From NCBI GenBank assembly GCA_002701365.1, contig NZUK01000002.1, positions 46,195 to 110,194 of the forward strand: 64,000 nt of DNA, written 5' to 3'. The position numbers and the translations under genes were made by a program. A model generated the notes under the pieces. That model did no database searches, had not been told where the DNA came from, and worked only from the letters and a program-made list of their open reading frames with translations. Of this stretch, positions 39,848-49,515 are shown one piece after another. How positions within the stretch are numbered: position 1 is the first letter of the stretch; the number at the start of each line of letters is the position of its first letter. Origin of the DNA: Flavobacteriales bacterium. GTDB taxonomy: Bacteria; Bacteroidota; Bacteroidia; Flavobacteriales; TMED113.

Positions 39848-40042
39848 ATGAGTTTACAAATACTACTTTTTATAGGATCACAAGAAATTATTATTATTGC
39901 GATAATTATTCTCTTATTGTTTGGTGGCAGAAAAATTCCAGAATTAATGCGAGGCTTAGGCTCAGGAATTAAGGAATTTAAACAAGCCTCAAAAGAAGAA
40001 GATGAAGAGGCTAAAAAAATTAATTCAGAAACAAAAGAATAA
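39848..40042 (+). CDS. tatA: Twin-arginine translocase subunit TatA/E
   Basis: 64 aa with one TM helix followed by [21 protein letters not shown]. Confidence 0.85.
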   Translation: MSLQILLFIGSQEIIIIAIIILLLFGGRKIPELMRGLGSGIKEFKQASKEEDEEAKKINSETKE

Positions 40043-40048
40043 ATAATT

Positions 40049-41458
40049 TTGAAAAATTATAGTTCTTTAAAGCAAATCCAACAGGACTTGCATGGTCAGA
40101 AGATATCTTGTGAAGAGCTGGTTTTAGGCTACTTGGGTCGTATTAAAAACAATAAGCAAATCAACGCCTTTGTTGAAACATATTCTTCCGAAGCAATTGC
40201 ATCAGCGAGAAAAATAGATTCCAAAATAAAATTAAAAACATCTGGTTCTTTAGCGGGACTGGTAATAGGAATAAAAGATAATATTTGCTACAAAGACCAT
40301 CATGTTTCTGCATCGTCAAAAATACTTCAAGGTTTTGTTTCGCCTTATTCAGCCACTGTTGTTGACCGATTAATAGAAGAAGATGCAATTATTATAGGAA
40401 GATTAAATTGCGATGAGTTTGCCATGGGATCAAGCAACGAAACCTCTATTTATGGACCCGTTAAAAATCCAATTGACACAGATTATACTGCGGGTGGATC
40501 TTCTGGAGGATCAGCGGCGGCAGTTAGGGCTAACTTGTGTCACGCCTCATTGGGCTCAGATACAGGAGGATCTGTTAGACAGCCGGCCGCGTTTTGTGGA
40601 GTTGTCGGATTTAAACCTACATATGGCCATGTTTCTAGGCATGGACTAATTGCTTTTGCATCGTCATTTGATCAAATAGGTCCGATAACAAAGTGCGTCT
40701 CAGATTCTAGGCTTATTATGGATGTTATTTCAGGAAAAGATAATTTTGATAGTACATGTATTGGAGAAAAAACGTATTCTCAAAAGTTAGAAAAACGATC
40801 AAAGTATAGTTTTGCCGTTATTAAAGATGCAGTTGAATTGCCTGGAATAGACCCCCAGGTTAAGGCACAATTTTTAGATTTAATTAAAAAAATAAAACAA
40901 GAAGGTCACAAAGTAGAGTATGTGGATTTGCCATTATTAGACTATTTGACATCTGCATATTATGTTATGACTACGGCTGAAGCTTCGTCTAATTTAGCCC
41001 GATATGATGGCATTAAATATGGTAATGCGGCCACCTCAAAAGACCTTGTTCAATTAATAAATACTACTAGAACTGAAAATTTTGGCAAAGAGGTAAAAAG
41101 AAGAATAATGCTTGGAACATTTGTTTTAAGCTCAGGATACTATGATGCGTACTATACAAAAGCTCAGAAAATTAGAAGTTTAATTAAAAAAGACACAGAA
41201 AAAATTTTGTTAAAATATAATTATATACTTTTGCCAACCACCCCTAATTTGCCATTTATGCTAGGAGAAAAAAAGCCTAATTTAATTCAAAGGTACTACG
41301 AAGATGTATTTACGGTTCAAGCAAATTTGTCAGGACATCCGGCAATATCATTTCCTTTAAAAGCGAACTATAAGTTTTTGGCATCAGCACAATTAATAGG
41401 GAAGTATTTTACAGACAAAGACATGTTAAACACAGCAACTCAATTATCACAATACTAA
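40049..41458 (+). CDS. gatA: Glutamyl/aspartyl-tRNA amidotransferase subunit A
   Basis: Amidase signature GGSSGGSAAAV and GSDTGGSVRQPA. TTG start (no in-frame ATG near the N-terminus). Confidence 0.9.
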   Translation: MKNYSSLKQIQQDLHGQKISCEELVLGYLGRIKNNKQINAFVETYSSEAIASARKIDSKIKLKTSGSLAGLVIGIKDNICYKDHHVSASSKILQGFVSPYSATVVDRLIEEDAIIIGRLNCDEFAMGSSNETSIYGPVKNPIDTDYTAGGSSGGSAAAVRANLCHASLGSDTGGSVRQPAAFCGVVGFKPTYGHVSRHGLIAFASSFDQIGPITKCVSDSRLIMDVISGKDNFDSTCIGEKTYSQKLEKRSKYSFAVIKDAVELPGIDPQVKAQFLDLIKKIKQEGHKVEYVDLPLLDYLTSAYYVMTTAEASSNLARYDGIKYGNAATSKDLVQLINTTRTENFGKEVKRRIMLGTFVLSSGYYDAYYTKAQKIRSLIKKDTEKILLKYNYILLPTTPNLPFMLGEKKPNLIQRYYEDVFTVQANLSGHPAISFPLKANYKFLASAQLIGKYFTDKDMLNTATQLSQY

Positions 41459-41469
41459 ATTCATCTCAT

Positions 41470-42618
41470 ATGTTAAAGTTTTTAGCGATTTTTTTTTTAG
41501 TATTTCATAGTTCATTTTCTAACACCCTTTTTATTGCAAAAATAGACTCAACATTAAATAAAAAAGATTTTTTTTTTGATCCTCAAACTATAGAGCACCA
41601 AATAGACTCCTTAAATACATTAACCCCACTAAACCTTGTTTATAATAAAACAATTGAACAACACATTAAGTTTTATTTATTCCAAAGGCCAGAGCAAGTA
41701 AGTAAATTATTAGCGCTATCAGAGTATTATTTTCCTATTTTTGAAGAGACACTGGACAGGAATGGTTTGCCACTAGAATTAAAATATTTGCCAGTAATTG
41801 AATCTGCGCTTGATCCTCATGCAAGATCATATGCGGGAGCAGTGGGTTTGTGGCAATTTATGTATTTAACAGCAAAGGAATATGGGTTACGAATAAATTC
41901 TTATTTGGACGAGAGAAAAGACGCATATAGGTCTACACAGGCGGCATGCGAATACTTAAAGAAATCTTATAAAAAATTTCAAAATTGGGAGCTCGCCATT
42001 TCCTCATATAATGCCGGCTCAAGAAATATCACTAAAGGGATTAGACGTTCAGGAGGCAAGCAAAATTATTGGGAGCTAAGACCGTTTTTGCCTAAAGAAA
42101 CTAGAAACTATATTCCCGCCCTTATAGCCGCATATTATGTTATGATTTTCGCAGATCAATATGGAATAAAACCAGACCCCAATTATATTATACATCATGG
42201 AGAAACAGACTCCATATATTTAAGAGAACCTGTTAAAATGGCCCACTTAGCCAAACTACTTGATTTAGATTTGAGTAATATAGAAGAGCTTAACCCAAAG
42301 TATAGACATAAAATTATTCCGTCTCTTAATTCTGAAAAATTCCCACTAATATTACCTAAAAAAGAAGTTGACAAGTTTTTAGAAATAGAGGACAGTATTT
42401 ATATTAATATTAAGAGAATGGAATTAGCAGAAAATTTAAAGTTCCCCGAATTTACAGACCTAGAAAGAGTACGCTATAAGGTTAAAAGTGGAGATTATTT
42501 AGGAAAAATTGCATCAAAATATAATTGTACCATTAAAGAAATTATGATGTGGAATGATTTAAAAACAGATAAAATAAAAGAAGGAAAGTATTTAAATATT
42601 TATATAATAGTTAAATAG
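41470..42618 (+). CDS. Lytic transglycosylase (SLT domain) with C-terminal LysM, MltD-like
   Basis: The SLT catalytic block IESALDPHARSYAGAVGLWQFM and AYNAG. LysM-like YKVKSGDYLGKIASKYNCTIKEIMMWNDL. Confidence 0.8.
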   Translation: MLKFLAIFFLVFHSSFSNTLFIAKIDSTLNKKDFFFDPQTIEHQIDSLNTLTPLNLVYNKTIEQHIKFYLFQRPEQVSKLLALSEYYFPIFEETLDRNGLPLELKYLPVIESALDPHARSYAGAVGLWQFMYLTAKEYGLRINSYLDERKDAYRSTQAACEYLKKSYKKFQNWELAISSYNAGSRNITKGIRRSGGKQNYWELRPFLPKETRNYIPALIAAYYVMIFADQYGIKPDPNYIIHHGETDSIYLREPVKMAHLAKLLDLDLSNIEELNPKYRHKIIPSLNSEKFPLILPKKEVDKFLEIEDSIYINIKRMELAENLKFPEFTDLERVRYKVKSGDYLGKIASKYNCTIKEIMMWNDLKTDKIKEGKYLNIYIIVK

Positions 42619-42625
42619 AATTATT

Positions 42626-43594
42626 TTGAAGATAAGATATATATATATAATTATTTTATTGTTAGCGGGTGTTCTTTTTATAAGACAATCTGGTATAAAA
42701 GAATTGCCAATGGCAATCGGTGAGCCACTAGAAATAATCATTATAAAAAACACAGACCAACATGACGATAATTTTTATCAACTTCTTCGCAATTTTTTAT
42801 CAGTTGAAATAGGTCCATCTCCTCAGCCAGAAAGAGTTTTAAATATCATTGAATTAGATCAAACTAGTTTTAAGGGGATTTTTAAAAGACACCAAAACCT
42901 CTTGTTTGTTACCAAATCAGACACATTTAGTATTAAGCATACAGATAATATTTTTGCCAAAAATCAAAATGCAGTCTTTTTAAACAGCCATTCTTCCAAA
43001 GATTTACTAAGCAACAAACAAAAGATAGTAGACTTAGTTTTTCAAATCAAAGAAATGGAGATAAAACGACAAATATTAAAGTATAAAAACCAAAACAATA
43101 TAGAATTACAAAGAATAATAAATAACAAACACAATCTCTCAATTCTATTACCAAAAAAATTTTTTTTAGCACTGGATTCTCAAAAAACAACATGGTTTCG
43201 TAATGAGACACCAAAAATAGGCCAAGGCATATTATTGTCAAATCTAGATCACAAAGACACTTCTTTAAGTCCCTATAAAATTTGCAGAGTGGTAGACAGT
43301 ATAGTAAAAGCAAATATTTTAGGACCGCTGGAAAACTCTTACATGACTTTTGAAAGTAGAGCACAAAAATCCATAGATACGATAATGCTTGGAGGTTTTT
43401 CAGCAATAAAAATACAATCATTATGGCGCATGGAAAATGATTTTATGGGAGGAGTGTATCAACTTTATTATATTCCTGGCAATCAGAGTGTGCGCGACAG
43501 AATAATTTATACATATGTTTATGCTCCAGGGGAAAACAAAAAAATACCACTTATGCACCTTGAGTCTATTGTACAAACTGCCGATTTTTTTTAA
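42626..43594 (+). CDS. Conserved hypothetical secreted/anchored protein (possibly DUF4837)
   Basis: TTG start and an N-terminal hydrophobic anchor. No catalytic motif recognised. The family name comes from memory of Flavobacteriia annotations only. Confidence 0.35.
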   Translation: MKIRYIYIIILLLAGVLFIRQSGIKELPMAIGEPLEIIIIKNTDQHDDNFYQLLRNFLSVEIGPSPQPERVLNIIELDQTSFKGIFKRHQNLLFVTKSDTFSIKHTDNIFAKNQNAVFLNSHSSKDLLSNKQKIVDLVFQIKEMEIKRQILKYKNQNNIELQRIINNKHNLSILLPKKFFLALDSQKTTWFRNETPKIGQGILLSNLDHKDTSLSPYKICRVVDSIVKANILGPLENSYMTFESRAQKSIDTIMLGGFSAIKIQSLWRMENDFMGGVYQLYYIPGNQSVRDRIIYTYVYAPGENKKIPLMHLESIVQTADFF

Positions 43595-43598
43595 AGAT

Positions 43599-46133
43599 TT
43601 AAAACTTATGGTGAAGAGAAAAAATTATACTCCGACCAGGAGCACTTAAGCCTGATCCGAATGTTTTATAGTGCGCGTCTAAAATATTATCAATGCCTAA
43701 CAGAATACTTGATTTGTCTAAAAAGTTATATTTAATGCTAAAATTTAATGTATACCATGCAGGCAGTCCTGCATATAGTGTATTGCCAATTTCGTCTTCA
43801 CCAATTACTGGCGTTTCGTCTAAGTTGTCGGTACCGCCATTATCAAAAGTGTTGGCATTTTTTGCCCCTGAATACAAGCAAAGAAATCTTGCACTCCAAA
43901 GATTGTAATGTTTTGCGACCTCTAATTTGCCAAACAAAGGAGGGATGTGTGCAAATGGCCCGGCATTCAAATTCGAGTTTTTATAATTTATAATATTGAT
44001 GTCTTTATTAATATTAAATCCAAAAATAGTTGATTGAAAACCTAATGTAAAACCATAAATATTGATTGCTTCATCTGCGTTTTGGTTTGCAAAAGTGGTA
44101 AGTATTTCGCCATCATAAACCATAGTACTTACTAAATACTCCTCGTTTGGTTCGGGGTTTAAGTCCATAAATAAAGTGTCTTTAATAATTGCGCTGCTTA
44201 GTCTAGTAAAATATCCAAGGCCATAAAGTGTAAGGTTATCAGATACTTCCTTTGTTACAGAAATCTCTTGTGTTAATGAGTACTCTGGACGGAGTTCTTT
44301 ATACGGGACTGTGACAATATCTCCCTTTCGAAAAACCTTGAACATATCATCTACGTTAGGCGCATGAAAGCCCCTAGAAGTAACTGAGCTAATCTTCCAG
44401 GAGTCATTTGGAAAATAAACAAGCTTTAAGTTCCCCGACAAAACGCTATTTGAAACAGATGTGCTTTCGCTTAATAAGTTAAATAGGTCTTCTCCTCCAG
44501 CATCAGTAATATCAGGGTAGTTCCCGTTAATTTTTGAAATAGTAAACCTAAGCCCTGTCTCCACTTGGAACTTGTGAGAAAATCTTTTTAGCACATTTGC
44601 ATAAAAAGCTGTACTAAACAACCCAGAGCCCTCGGAAGGATATCGCGTGTCTTCAATTGCAGCACTATTCCTGTTACTTGAAGATTCCGAAACAACATTA
44701 TTGTAAGAGGTTTCTGAGCCAATAAAAAAATTTCCACGTCTGAGGTTAATATTTAAGCCATACACATCAACACTTTCAAATTGATTAATCATATCGAGTT
44801 CACTCCCTTTATCTTCTTCAGGATTAAAATTTAAATAATCCTCTAGTTTCCATTTGTGGCGAGATTCTTTAACCTTTTGGTAACTTGCTATTATGTCAGC
44901 TTTATCAAAGTATTGTCCAAATAGGCTAAATGTTAGACTTCCTAAAAATCTTTTTTGAGGACCATAGTAGTATGAGTGAAATTTTAAATCATCACCGCCG
45001 AGACAAATTCCATTTTCAAACACACATTCACCGTCCCCATCATTTAGTTGATCGAATCTAGAAATATTAGATGAAGTTGAGTATTGAATATTTGCAGTTA
45101 GCCTAGAGTTGTCACTAGTTTTAAGAATCCCCTTATGAAAAAAATCATATTGTTTATACCCTGTGCCTATCTGCGTTTCAGGATTGGGGTTACAAACAAT
45201 GCTTCCGTCGGGATCTATATAATGATTAACCAGCCCCCAGTTTTTATAACCATGCGGCCTAAATGATCCCATTTGTAAGTCTCCAAAATTTTTAAACGAA
45301 AAGCTAGTTATGTAGGAGTAATTTGATGACTCAAAAGAAATATTAATATTTTTTTTAAGCCCCCGGCTTGAAGAGTTATAGCTAGAAAAACTCTCGCCAC
45401 TCCAAACAGAGTGGTTCGTAAAATACAATTCTTTTGTTTTCATGTGAATAGTTCCTCCGATGGCATCGCTTCCATATATGACAGAACTGGGGCCAAAGAC
45501 AACTTCAATGTCATTTAACATAAATTCGTCAATTGTAATAATATTCTGTAAGTGCCCAGACCTGTAAATCGCATTGTTTAGTCTGACTCCGTCAATCATT
45601 AATAAAACCCGGTTGGCCTCGAATCCTCTTATATTAGGGCTCCCCCCCCCCATTTGACTCCGTTGCACACTTACACCGCCCTTTTTTTCTAATAAGTCAG
45701 CGGTTGTTGTTCCAGTTATTTCTTTTATTTCATCGCTAGAGATGTATATTTTTTTTTCAGCAGAATTCTTAATATTATTATTGTTTTTGGTTTCAGCAAT
45801 GATAATATTATCCAATAATTGATAATCTAGCTCCATCAGTAGATATTCATTGATATTTTTTTTTACAATTTTTTTAGTTTTATAACCGGGGTGTTGAAAT
45901 ATAATTGTGTCGTTATAAAGAAAACGACTAAGATTAATAATTCCATCATTATTTGACAAGGCGCTCTTTGTTTTTAGTGAATTAAACGCAGACACATTAC
46001 TAATAGGGTTTCTTTCGCCGTCTACAACTATTTTTTCTTGAGATGAAACAATTAACGGGAATAAAAGAATTAGGAGGAAGTATTTCACGGCCATATATTT
46101 AGTATATAATTTTTTAATCAAAAATCGTACCAT
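43599..46133 (-). CDS. TonB-dependent outer-membrane receptor with N-terminal carboxypeptidase-regulatory-like domain
   Basis: Plug motifs (NIRGFEANRVLLMIDGVRLNN), a long beta-barrel and a C-terminal aromatic residue (..SLHHKF). The more likely start is the second Met at 46094 (MAVKYFLLILLFPLIVSSQ signal). Confidence 0.8.
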   Translation of the reverse strand: MVRFLIKKLYTKYMAVKYFLLILLFPLIVSSQEKIVVDGERNPISNVSAFNSLKTKSALSNNDGIINLSRFLYNDTIIFQHPGYKTKKIVKKNINEYLLMELDYQLLDNIIIAETKNNNNIKNSAEKKIYISSDEIKEITGTTTADLLEKKGGVSVQRSQMGGGSPNIRGFEANRVLLMIDGVRLNNAIYRSGHLQNIITIDEFMLNDIEVVFGPSSVIYGSDAIGGTIHMKTKELYFTNHSVWSGESFSSYNSSSRGLKKNINISFESSNYSYITSFSFKNFGDLQMGSFRPHGYKNWGLVNHYIDPDGSIVCNPNPETQIGTGYKQYDFFHKGILKTSDNSRLTANIQYSTSSNISRFDQLNDGDGECVFENGICLGGDDLKFHSYYYGPQKRFLGSLTFSLFGQYFDKADIIASYQKVKESRHKWKLEDYLNFNPEEDKGSELDMINQFESVDVYGLNINLRRGNFFIGSETSYNNVVSESSSNRNSAAIEDTRYPSEGSGLFSTAFYANVLKRFSHKFQVETGLRFTISKINGNYPDITDAGGEDLFNLLSESTSVSNSVLSGNLKLVYFPNDSWKISSVTSRGFHAPNVDDMFKVFRKGDIVTVPYKELRPEYSLTQEISVTKEVSDNLTLYGLGYFTRLSSAIIKDTLFMDLNPEPNEEYLVSTMVYDGEILTTFANQNADEAINIYGFTLGFQSTIFGFNINKDINIINYKNSNLNAGPFAHIPPLFGKLEVAKHYNLWSARFLCLYSGAKNANTFDNGGTDNLDETPVIGEDEIGNTLYAGLPAWYTLNFSIKYNFLDKSSILLGIDNILDAHYKTFGSGLSAPGRSIIFSLHHKF

Positions 46134-46135
46134 AA

Positions 46136-46852
46136 TTAATTCACAAGTTCTTTAAAAATCTTAACAGATTTTAAATTAGTTAAATCCGCAACATGTAAGG
46201 AGACGTAAGATATTAAATAATTAAAAACGCGAAATTCTAGGTGGCGGTCCATAGTGTAATTGCTTAAATTAGAAAAATTTAATAACGATAGCTTATATAT
46301 TTCGCTGCTTTCTTTTCTTGGGACCAAGAATTTGTTCTTTTCACTAGGGTTGTTTTTTGTAAAACAACCCTCAGTCATGTTTAAGACCATGTTTTCCACA
46401 TTGTCTACATTGTCTTTTAGAGGTTTAATGCCTATAATATCACAAAACCTTAACAAAAAAAAATTATTAAAACCATTTGGCACGGCTTTTACACGGTCCA
46501 AGAAGATAAAACTTTTAATTATAAAATCGTATAATTTTTTATTTGTCTCATTAACACATTTATTAAGTATTTCACACAACACAATTGCTGATTGAATTTT
46601 GTCCCCATTTGTTGTCAAACTTTTATAAACGTATTCCACCCGAGCTTCCTTTATGTATGTTAATGACTGAGACGCAGAGTTCTTATATGTTATTTCTGCA
46701 ATAGTTAATAACTCCGAAAGTATTGATTGAGATTTATTTTTTTGAATGATAAAAGACATTAATCCACATTGCTCAGTGTACACCTTGGCAATAATTTTAT
46801 TATCCCTAAATGGATAGGTTTTTAGTACAATTCCGCTGGTTGTGGTAAACAT
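46136..46852 (-). CDS. recO: DNA repair protein RecO
   Basis: 238 aa. An OB-fold-like N-terminus (GIVLKTYPFRDNKIIAKVYTEQCGLMSF) is typical of RecO. Size and layout match. Confidence 0.65.
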   Translation of the reverse strand: MFTTTSGIVLKTYPFRDNKIIAKVYTEQCGLMSFIIQKNKSQSILSELLTIAEITYKNSASQSLTYIKEARVEYVYKSLTTNGDKIQSAIVLCEILNKCVNETNKKLYDFIIKSFIFLDRVKAVPNGFNNFFLLRFCDIIGIKPLKDNVDNVENMVLNMTEGCFTKNNPSEKNKFLVPRKESSEIYKLSLLNFSNLSNYTMDRHLEFRVFNYLISYVSLHVADLTNLKSVKIFKELVN

Positions 46853-46855
46853 AAT

Positions 46856-49330
46856 TTAATTATATATTAGAACTTTCTTAACAACACTTTTTTCAAAATC
46901 GGAAGAGGTGCATAAAAACAAATACACTCCAGTACTAACCTTAGCGCCATCAAATCGTTTTCCGTCCCACGTAGCTGTCCCTCCATTTGAGATGGTTTCG
47001 TAAACTAAATTTCCAGAAACATCCGTTATCTTAACCACGGTGTTATATTCTAATCCAGAAATAGCGATGAGCCCCTCATAGTCTCTTTTTACTGGATTAG
47101 GAAAAACAATTACATCATTAAAATTACTGAAAGATGTTGTTGCGTCTGATCGGAATGAGCATAGGCCTTTGTTGGTTGCAAAAAACACTTCCCCAGAAGA
47201 TTCAACAATATTTATGTCATAGACCATGTTATCTAAAAGAAAACTGTTTTCTTTTGTGAAGTGATGGATTTGCTCACTACCATCCTCAGACACTAAAAAA
47301 ACACCACTTGATTTTGTTGCCACCCACTTTCTATTAGCATCATCTGTTTCAATGTCTAGAATTTCAGTATTCTCAAATAAGCGCTCTACATATCCATCAT
47401 CTGTTTCAATTAATATATATTCTACTTCAATAGACTGTGAATTAAAAAGAGTATTTGGAAAAAAAACAACGGATAGTCCTTGTGATGTGCCAATCCAGAC
47501 TGCGCCATCTTTGTCTTCAGAAAAACAATTCACCGTATTACTGGCCAGGCCATTGGATTCGTTAATTTTTTTAGCTTGTCCCCCCTCCTCCTCAACAACA
47601 ATAACCCCATTTTTTCGTAATTGAATCCATTTTTGGCCATTGCTGGCACAAAGAATTTTCCCTGACATGTCATTTTCTGATGAAATTCCAGCGACTGGAT
47701 AATTACTCCACGAATTATTTTCTGGAGAGTATTTTACTAGCGGCTTGTCGGACTGAGAATTAGTTATCCATAAATTATTATTTGAATCAGTATCAATCCC
47801 TCCTATCCTAATATAATTGCTTGTACCGAAAGCAGGCATTAATGCCTCGGTATTTTGCTCGTTATATAATTGCGTTAAAGTTGTGCCCTGAAACTCCAGT
47901 AAACCCTTGTTCCAGCTTCCTAAAAAAAACTTATTCCCACTAGAACACCCGGAAACAATGTCATAAACTCCTAGTTCTAAAATAGTATCGGAGGCGCTCC
48001 AGTAATTGTTGGAATAAACAGAAAACTCTTGATAATTATACGCATTGTTCCAATCGCTTGTCCTTCCTCCATGCGTAAATACCACGCTATTGTTATGATT
48101 AAAAACGACCCCCGTATTTATGTCTGCGGGGCCGTTTGGAGCAATATATTCGCTGAAAAAAAGCTCTTTGTTTTTGTTGACTAAAACTAACCCGCCGTAC
48201 TTTTCGTCTCCTAAAAACAATCTTCCAGAATTATTATAATCATCCAGAACTATTCCACAACTTGGAGATAAATTAAAATCAACACTACTAAGATTTTCTA
48301 TTGTGAGATAGCTAGATGTTTTTAAAAAAGGGTCTAGTATAATTAAATTATTGTTGTCCTCAAAAATGGTGATAACAACTGTTTTTTGAGCATGAGCGTT
48401 ATATTGAGCCCTAATAACTTTTCCAGGGACAGTTTCCTTATAATTAAAAATTAATAGACTAGATGATGTATTATTATTATCGTTAGAAATAGTATTAAGT
48501 TCAAAAAAGTTGTATTCATTATTTAGCCCCATAGGATAACCCATCTCAGCAAAATTTAAATTTGTTACTATTGCAAGCTTTTTCCCCCCATTTTCCTTTA
48601 GATCAAATCCTAAAACCTGCTTAACTTCTTGTTCTTCTAAAGAAAAATTAAACGAGCCAGTTATTTTTTCAAAAGAAATTGTAGAATTTTTCTCCCACGA
48701 ACTAAAGTCTAGTAAATTGTCAGATTTATTAGCAAAAAATAGCCCTGAATTTGTTGCAACAAATATTTTATTGGCTAAAAACGAATCACTTACACTATTG
48801 ATTTCATCATCAAATACATATACTTGATACACTTCAGCGTTAACTCCCTCATTTTCAAAATAACAGGTCTCTTTTATTTCTCTTTTTTCAAGGTTGACAA
48901 TTACTAACCCAAATGAGCAAGAGAGATATGCGAATTTTCCATCAATAAATATGGAATTAATAGACTTGTCTCCAATAATATTTGATAAATAAATATCGGG
49001 CAAGTTGGTGATTAAGCCATCTTTCAAAATATCGATATTTCCATCTTTATATCCAATTAAAATTGTTTCACGAATAGGATCATGAGCTAATGACTGAACA
49101 TTGTGTCCATTAAGTCCATCTAGTTTAGAAAATGTTGTTAAGCTATTTTCGTTGCTATCATACAAAAACAAGCCCGACTGAGTTCCAATATAAACTAGAC
49201 CATTTATACTGGTAGCAGTATTAATATTGGTATAGTTTAGGTGAATGCTCCAGTCACCAATTTTTAAGCTTTGTCCGATTCCAGTCAAAGCCAGCCCATA
49301 GATAAATACAAAAACAAGAATTCTATACAT
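46856..49330 (-). CDS. Two-propeller (Reg_prop-type) secreted protein with T9SS C-terminal sorting domain, PorZ-like
   Basis: Repeated propeller blades (NNLWITNS, GAVWIGTSQGLSVV, RKWVATKSSGVFLV, GEVFFATNKGLCSF). The C-terminal CTD runs VFPNPVKRD...TGVYLFLC...KKVLIYN. I start it at ATG 49330 (MYRILVF signal) because the listed TTG 49348 lies inside a promoter box. Confidence 0.6.
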   Translation of the reverse strand: MYRILVFVFIYGLALTGIGQSLKIGDWSIHLNYTNINTATSINGLVYIGTQSGLFLYDSNENSLTTFSKLDGLNGHNVQSLAHDPIRETILIGYKDGNIDILKDGLITNLPDIYLSNIIGDKSINSIFIDGKFAYLSCSFGLVIVNLEKREIKETCYFENEGVNAEVYQVYVFDDEINSVSDSFLANKIFVATNSGLFFANKSDNLLDFSSWEKNSTISFEKITGSFNFSLEEQEVKQVLGFDLKENGGKKLAIVTNLNFAEMGYPMGLNNEYNFFELNTISNDNNNTSSSLLIFNYKETVPGKVIRAQYNAHAQKTVVITIFEDNNNLIILDPFLKTSSYLTIENLSSVDFNLSPSCGIVLDDYNNSGRLFLGDEKYGGLVLVNKNKELFFSEYIAPNGPADINTGVVFNHNNSVVFTHGGRTSDWNNAYNYQEFSVYSNNYWSASDTILELGVYDIVSGCSSGNKFFLGSWNKGLLEFQGTTLTQLYNEQNTEALMPAFGTSNYIRIGGIDTDSNNNLWITNSQSDKPLVKYSPENNSWSNYPVAGISSENDMSGKILCASNGQKWIQLRKNGVIVVEEEGGQAKKINESNGLASNTVNCFSEDKDGAVWIGTSQGLSVVFFPNTLFNSQSIEVEYILIETDDGYVERLFENTEILDIETDDANRKWVATKSSGVFLVSEDGSEQIHHFTKENSFLLDNMVYDINIVESSGEVFFATNKGLCSFRSDATTSFSNFNDVIVFPNPVKRDYEGLIAISGLEYNTVVKITDVSGNLVYETISNGGTATWDGKRFDGAKVSTGVYLFLCTSSDFEKSVVKKVLIYN

Positions 49331-49345
49331 ATGTAAACAGTTAGA

Positions 49346-49353
49346 CAAATATA
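49346..49353 (-). promoter_or_regulatory. Candidate -7 box (TAnnTTTG) for the PorZ-like/recO/TonB-receptor string
   Basis: The minus strand reads TATATTTG, ending 15 nt upstream of the ATG at 49330. Confidence 0.45.
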
Positions 49354-49394
49354 ACGAATATCAATAGTATTTTGGTATTTTTACAACGCATCTA

Positions 49395-49468
49395 GGCCCT
49401 GTAGTTCAACTGGATAGAATGGCAGATTTCGGCTCTGCTGGTTGCAGGTTCGAATCCTGCCAGGGTCA
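49395..49468 (+). tRNA. tRNA-Arg (anticodon TCG)
   Basis: Folded by hand. Acceptor GGCCCTG/CAGGGTC (one G-U), D arm GTTC/GAAT, anticodon arm GCAGA-TTTCGGC-TCTGC, variable loop TGGTT, T arm GCAGG-TTCGAAT-CCTGC and discriminator A. 74 nt, with no encoded CCA. Confidence 0.9.
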
Positions 49469-49515
49469 CATAGTTTTAATAAAATATAATTTATGAGAAA
49501 AAAATTATTTGTAAA

